63,959 nt of DNA, taken from assembly GCA_004431415.1 (NCBI GenBank), contig QPMI01000447.1:1-63959 (forward strand), given 5' to 3'. Every line of letters begins with the position of its first letter. Within the stretch, counting starts at the first letter, position 1. Of this stretch, positions 60,300 to 63,959 are shown piece by piece. The stretch comes from Cyanophora paradoxa CCMP329 (taxonomy: Eukaryota > Plantae > Glaucophyta). The translations under genes and the position numbers were made by a program. The notes beneath the pieces are model-generated. The model ran no database searches, had not been told where the DNA came from, and saw nothing but the letters and a program-made list of their open reading frames with translations.

Positions 60300-63200
60300 G
60301 CGGCGGCCTCGAGCGCGTTCTGCGGGGCGAACGCCGCTGGTCGGCGCTGAACCCGAGAACCACGCGCGAGTCGGCCGGGCGGGCCTTGTAGCCCGTTTGC
60401 GCATCGAGATGCCGTAGCGGTCATGATCGCCTGATGCACCGCGCGTAAGGCGGGCTCCAGGGTCTTTGGATCGACCTGCAGCATTGCGCGGGTTCGACAG
60501 CCAGTTGAAGACCAGCACGGTCGACGCGGCCCGAGCTTGTGCAGCAGGCGCGGCCCAGGCCGGCGCAGGCTCGCGGCTCTTTGGTGGGGCGGGCGGCGCG
60601 GCGCGGCTGCGCCGGCGGCGCGACTGTTAGCGGGCCGGCTCGTGGACGACCGTCTGGAACGCGGCGGATCGAGATGTACTTCTCGTCGCCGGCACCGCAC
60701 AGCGGCCCGACCGACGCCGGCGTAGCAAGTGGGCGGGAAGGTCACAGGCGCGCGGGCCTCGTGCCCGCGGGGTGACACGCTTCGCGAACGGTGTATACCG
60801 CGAAGAAGTGGCTTTGGGTTGGCTTTTGCCGCGGCCTGCCATGCCAACGCGAGCCCGTGCTGGCGCTCGGCGCTCAAGCAAGGCTCGCCAGTCTTTGGTG
60901 CGATCGAGCGGGCCCGCAGAGCCTCGAGATCGGCACGGGGCCCGTCTGGGAGGAGCGAGATCATCATGCCCGTCTCCCAGCGGAGAGGCTGATCTGCATA
61001 TCGATGCCGCCCGGAGGGCGCGGCAGACGTCTCCAGGCCCGCCGAGCGGCCTGCTTTGCCTGGGCGAAGGCTTCGTCTGAGACCTTCTGAGCGCCGCCGG
61101 GCTTGGCGCGCGTCTCGGCGTGGCTAGCGCGGTGCGGATCTGGCGCTCGACTGTTTGAAGCCAAAGCCCCAATTCCGTGACCCCTTGGCCCGGATCTTCA
61201 CGTCGCGGCAGCTCGAGCACTCGCGCACAAACTGCAGGAGGCCCCCTGCTGGGACGTCAGCCTGGGGTTGAAAGTCGTGGCGGCGGAGGCGCGCGGGCGC
61301 GCCAACTGAGGCGCGCGGCTGCTCCGGCGTGACTGGTCTGCGCGCGGCGGCTCGGCCTGGCTCGCACGGCGATGACCGCTCCTGGGCCTGAGAGATGGAG
61401 GCGCGACCCTCCGCAGGCTTGGACGGCGCCGCCGACTGCGGACCGCCTCCTGCTCGCCCTCAGGCCCTCTAGAAAGGGCTGCTGGCCTCGTGGCGTCCGC
61501 GCCGTCGGCGGCTGCCCACCCGATGGTGCGCGCGGCGGCGCGGGCCGAGGACGACGCGGACTGAGCGTCCATCTGGTTCTGGAGCTTGATCAGGACCAGC
61601 GCGGTGCCCTGCTCAGCTCGCGCGGACGCCGAGAGCGAGTCGGCATCTCAGCGTACTGCGCCTTCCAGACCATGTCGAAGAGCTCGCGCAATGTGGGCGG
61701 GCAGCCTCGCAGGCGGCGTCGTTCTCGTGCCGCTTGTACGCAGCGTCTACGGCGCCGCGCGGCGGGTCCGGCGGGCGGCGAGAGGACTGGCTGCTGCAGG
61801 CTGCGGCGGTCTCGCGGCGAGGCGCGGTCGCGCGAGCCCTTCTTCGACTTTGTGCGCCGCTTATCGTTCATGGCGGGGGCTCCGGCTCGGGCTCCGATCG
61901 CGCGAGCGCGAGCGGGAGCTAGAGCGGGACGGTGTTCGGCTCCGCGGCGGTTCCCGCGAGCCTCGGCGAGGGCTCCGCCTGTCCGAAGTGTCGCGAGCGT
62001 GGACCGTCGGCTCGGCGGGCTGCGGTCGCGGCGCGGCGGCGAGCGATCACGGCGGTCCGGGGAGCGGCGGCGGAGCCTCGCGTCCCGGCGGTCCGGCGAA
62101 GGGCGTCGGGAGCCCTCGCGATCGCGGCGTTCCAACGAACGGCGGGACGGCGGCGGCGCCCGGGATTGCCGGTGGGGCTCCGGGGAGCGCTCGCGGCGCG
62201 TGGAGGGGCCCCGCGTCTCGCGCCTGTCTGGGGTGCGAGAGCGGCGACTGGACGGGGCTCGGCGCGGCTCGGGTGTGCGCGAGCGGCGCTGAGACGAGGC
62301 CCGCTCAGGGGTCCGGCGGGCCTGCGACGCGCGACTGGCCGTGTCGTCCCTGCGGCTCGAGCTTGCCTCGGCCTGGCGGCTCGAGCTGGGCGGCGGCATC
62401 AAGGTCCGGGAGGGAGTCTCAGCCGGCGGGGCTTGGTCTGGCGGAGCGCTCTCGGCGATCCGCTCGACCTTCACCTTCCCGTCCGAGACGGTTACGCGCA
62501 TGGTCTTGGGGTCATACCCCTGCTGCCGCGCGAGGAACGCATCCAGCCCGAACGGGTCGTTCGGGTCGACAGCGGGTTGTGCGGGTTGCGCCTGGCCACC
62601 GCCGCGGTCGCCGCCACGGTCACGGTGGCCTCGGCCGTCGCGACCGCGGTGCCGGCCGCCCCGCTGGTGACCCTGCCCGCGGCCGCCTCGGCCAACGGCC
62701 TGGCCCGCGTTGCGCCGGGGCCGCGCCTGCTGCGGCGCCGTCGGCGGCGCGGCGGTCTGCGCAGCGGCCTGCGCCGGCGCGGGCGCCGACGGGGTGGCGG
62801 ATGGCGCCGCCTCGGCGGGGTCGTCCGCGAGCCCGCCGACGATGGTTGAGGGCGGCTGGAACCGCACGCCCGCCCACGTCGCGCGGACCGCTCCTTCGTA
62901 GATCGGCTGGTACGGCGTGCGAACCAGAAGGCTTTCGGCCTCCTTATCGACAGCCGCCGTCGCAGTCAGGCTGCGCCGGGCCGAGGGCGCGGCGCCCTTG
63001 TTCTGGACCGCGTCCCACATCAGCGCCGGGCGCAGAGCCTCAACGTCCCAGTCGGGGAGCACGGGGTCGTCCGTCTCCCAGTCGATCGGGCGCGCGAGGC
63101 GGATCGCGACATTCAGATCGGCGTAGAGCGAACGGAGCATCGTCTCGAACTGAGGCCGCAGGGGTATAGCCTCATCGGTAAAGATGAGCCCCAGCGGGAA

Positions 63201-63959
63201 GTTCCCGGGACAGTTCTCCAGCTCCTCGGCGGCGCGGGCGGCCTCAAGGTGGCGCTGTATCCCACTCTTGCCCCGGCGCCAAGGTCATCGCCGGCGGGCC
63301 ACGCGTCCTCGGCGCCGGCCATCGGGGCGAGCCGAGCTCAAGACGCTGGTACCCGAGACCGTGCGGCATGTTTGTGAGGTACGCGCGGATGCCGTCCGCC
63401 AGCGCGCGGGCATCCGAGTCGGCGCACTCATCCCTCGTCATAGTGCGCAAGAGGGCCCTGAAGACCTCGGCCACGTTCTGGGGCATGGCGGCGTTCAGGG
63501 GCGCACAGTTGTCCACCCGCTGCGCGAGCAGCGGGATGCGGGGATACTGGAAGCCCTGCAGCATCGCGAGCAGGATCCGCCCACAGATCGCCGCACGACC
63601 CTCGTGGTCCGGCACGACCGCATTGTTCGGGCCAAACTTCCACGCAAGCGTGGGATGACCGTCCGGGTACGTCGGCCTCGCGTCCGCGTCGAAGACCTTC
63701 TTGCCCTGAGGCAAGACGTCGGACCCGCGGTCCGGCTTGGCCGTCGGCTTAGTCAGGAAGGCCTCGTGAATGAACACCATCAGACCGTCCGGCACCACGC
63801 AGCGGAACGAGTTCAACACCTTGTTGAAGTCATCCATGTGATCGGCGACCGCCCGAGCGATCTCGGGGACGTAGTCAGCCGGGCGTTCCGACTCGACGTC
63901 CATGGCCGCAGCCGACAGAAAGTCATCAGCCCAGTGCTGGCTGCGGAGGTGCTTGCCCG
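60300..63959 (-). CDS. Gag/ORF1 region with a long N-terminal extension including an RS-rich tract
   Basis: Gag-like ELGLWLQTVERQIRTAL lies upstream of the protease. ORFs 61590-63140 (RRSRTP/RRDRSPP repeats) and 63244-63903 are collinear on the same strand and intronless. Confidence 0.55.

Larger units (their letters stand above)
53358..63959 (-). mobile_element. Ty3/Gypsy LTR retrotransposon (5' end beyond window)
   Basis: Domain order gag-PR-RT-RH-IN on the minus strand. Confidence 0.93.

Overview
GC-rich eukaryotic nuclear DNA, probably algal or protist (inferred from ~55-75 bp spliceosomal introns, many of them GC-AG, and from PPR and RimI genes). 1-11.5 kb: host genes (a 5'-partial PPR gene, a large orphan multi-exon gene, a RimI-like GNAT acetyltransferase). 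Between them are nested non-autonomous TEs: a Harbinger/Tourist-like MITE containing a poly(A) retroposon, and a longer copy of that retroposon containing a 2-kb Helitron2/Helentron-like element. 16.8-41 kb: a 4-unit tandem array (~6.4-6.5 kb units, one internally deleted) of an LRR-like/KHA-DCX-like gene; the last unit is interrupted by a second Helitron2-like copy at a GT^AC site. 42-53.3 kb: a compact cluster of orphan genes, including an Ada-type Zn finger, an IS3EU/Clr5-like HTH protein without a DDE core, a coiled-coil protein and a minimal SET-domain protein, plus a 1.26-kb foldback. 53.4 kb to the end: a minus-strand Ty3/Gypsy LTR retrotransposon with a very long RS-rich ORF1 extension. 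Two candidates for an undescribed system stand out. (i) Non-coding and repeat DNA carries pervasive short palindromic micro-insertions, visible by comparing paralogous copies; this may be a repeat-targeted mutagenic or defence process. (ii) The 42-53 kb chromatin-themed gene cluster may be cargo of a giant mobile element. Frameshifts beyond ~42 kb look largely like consensus indel errors. All domain calls come from manual motif recognition, not database searches.
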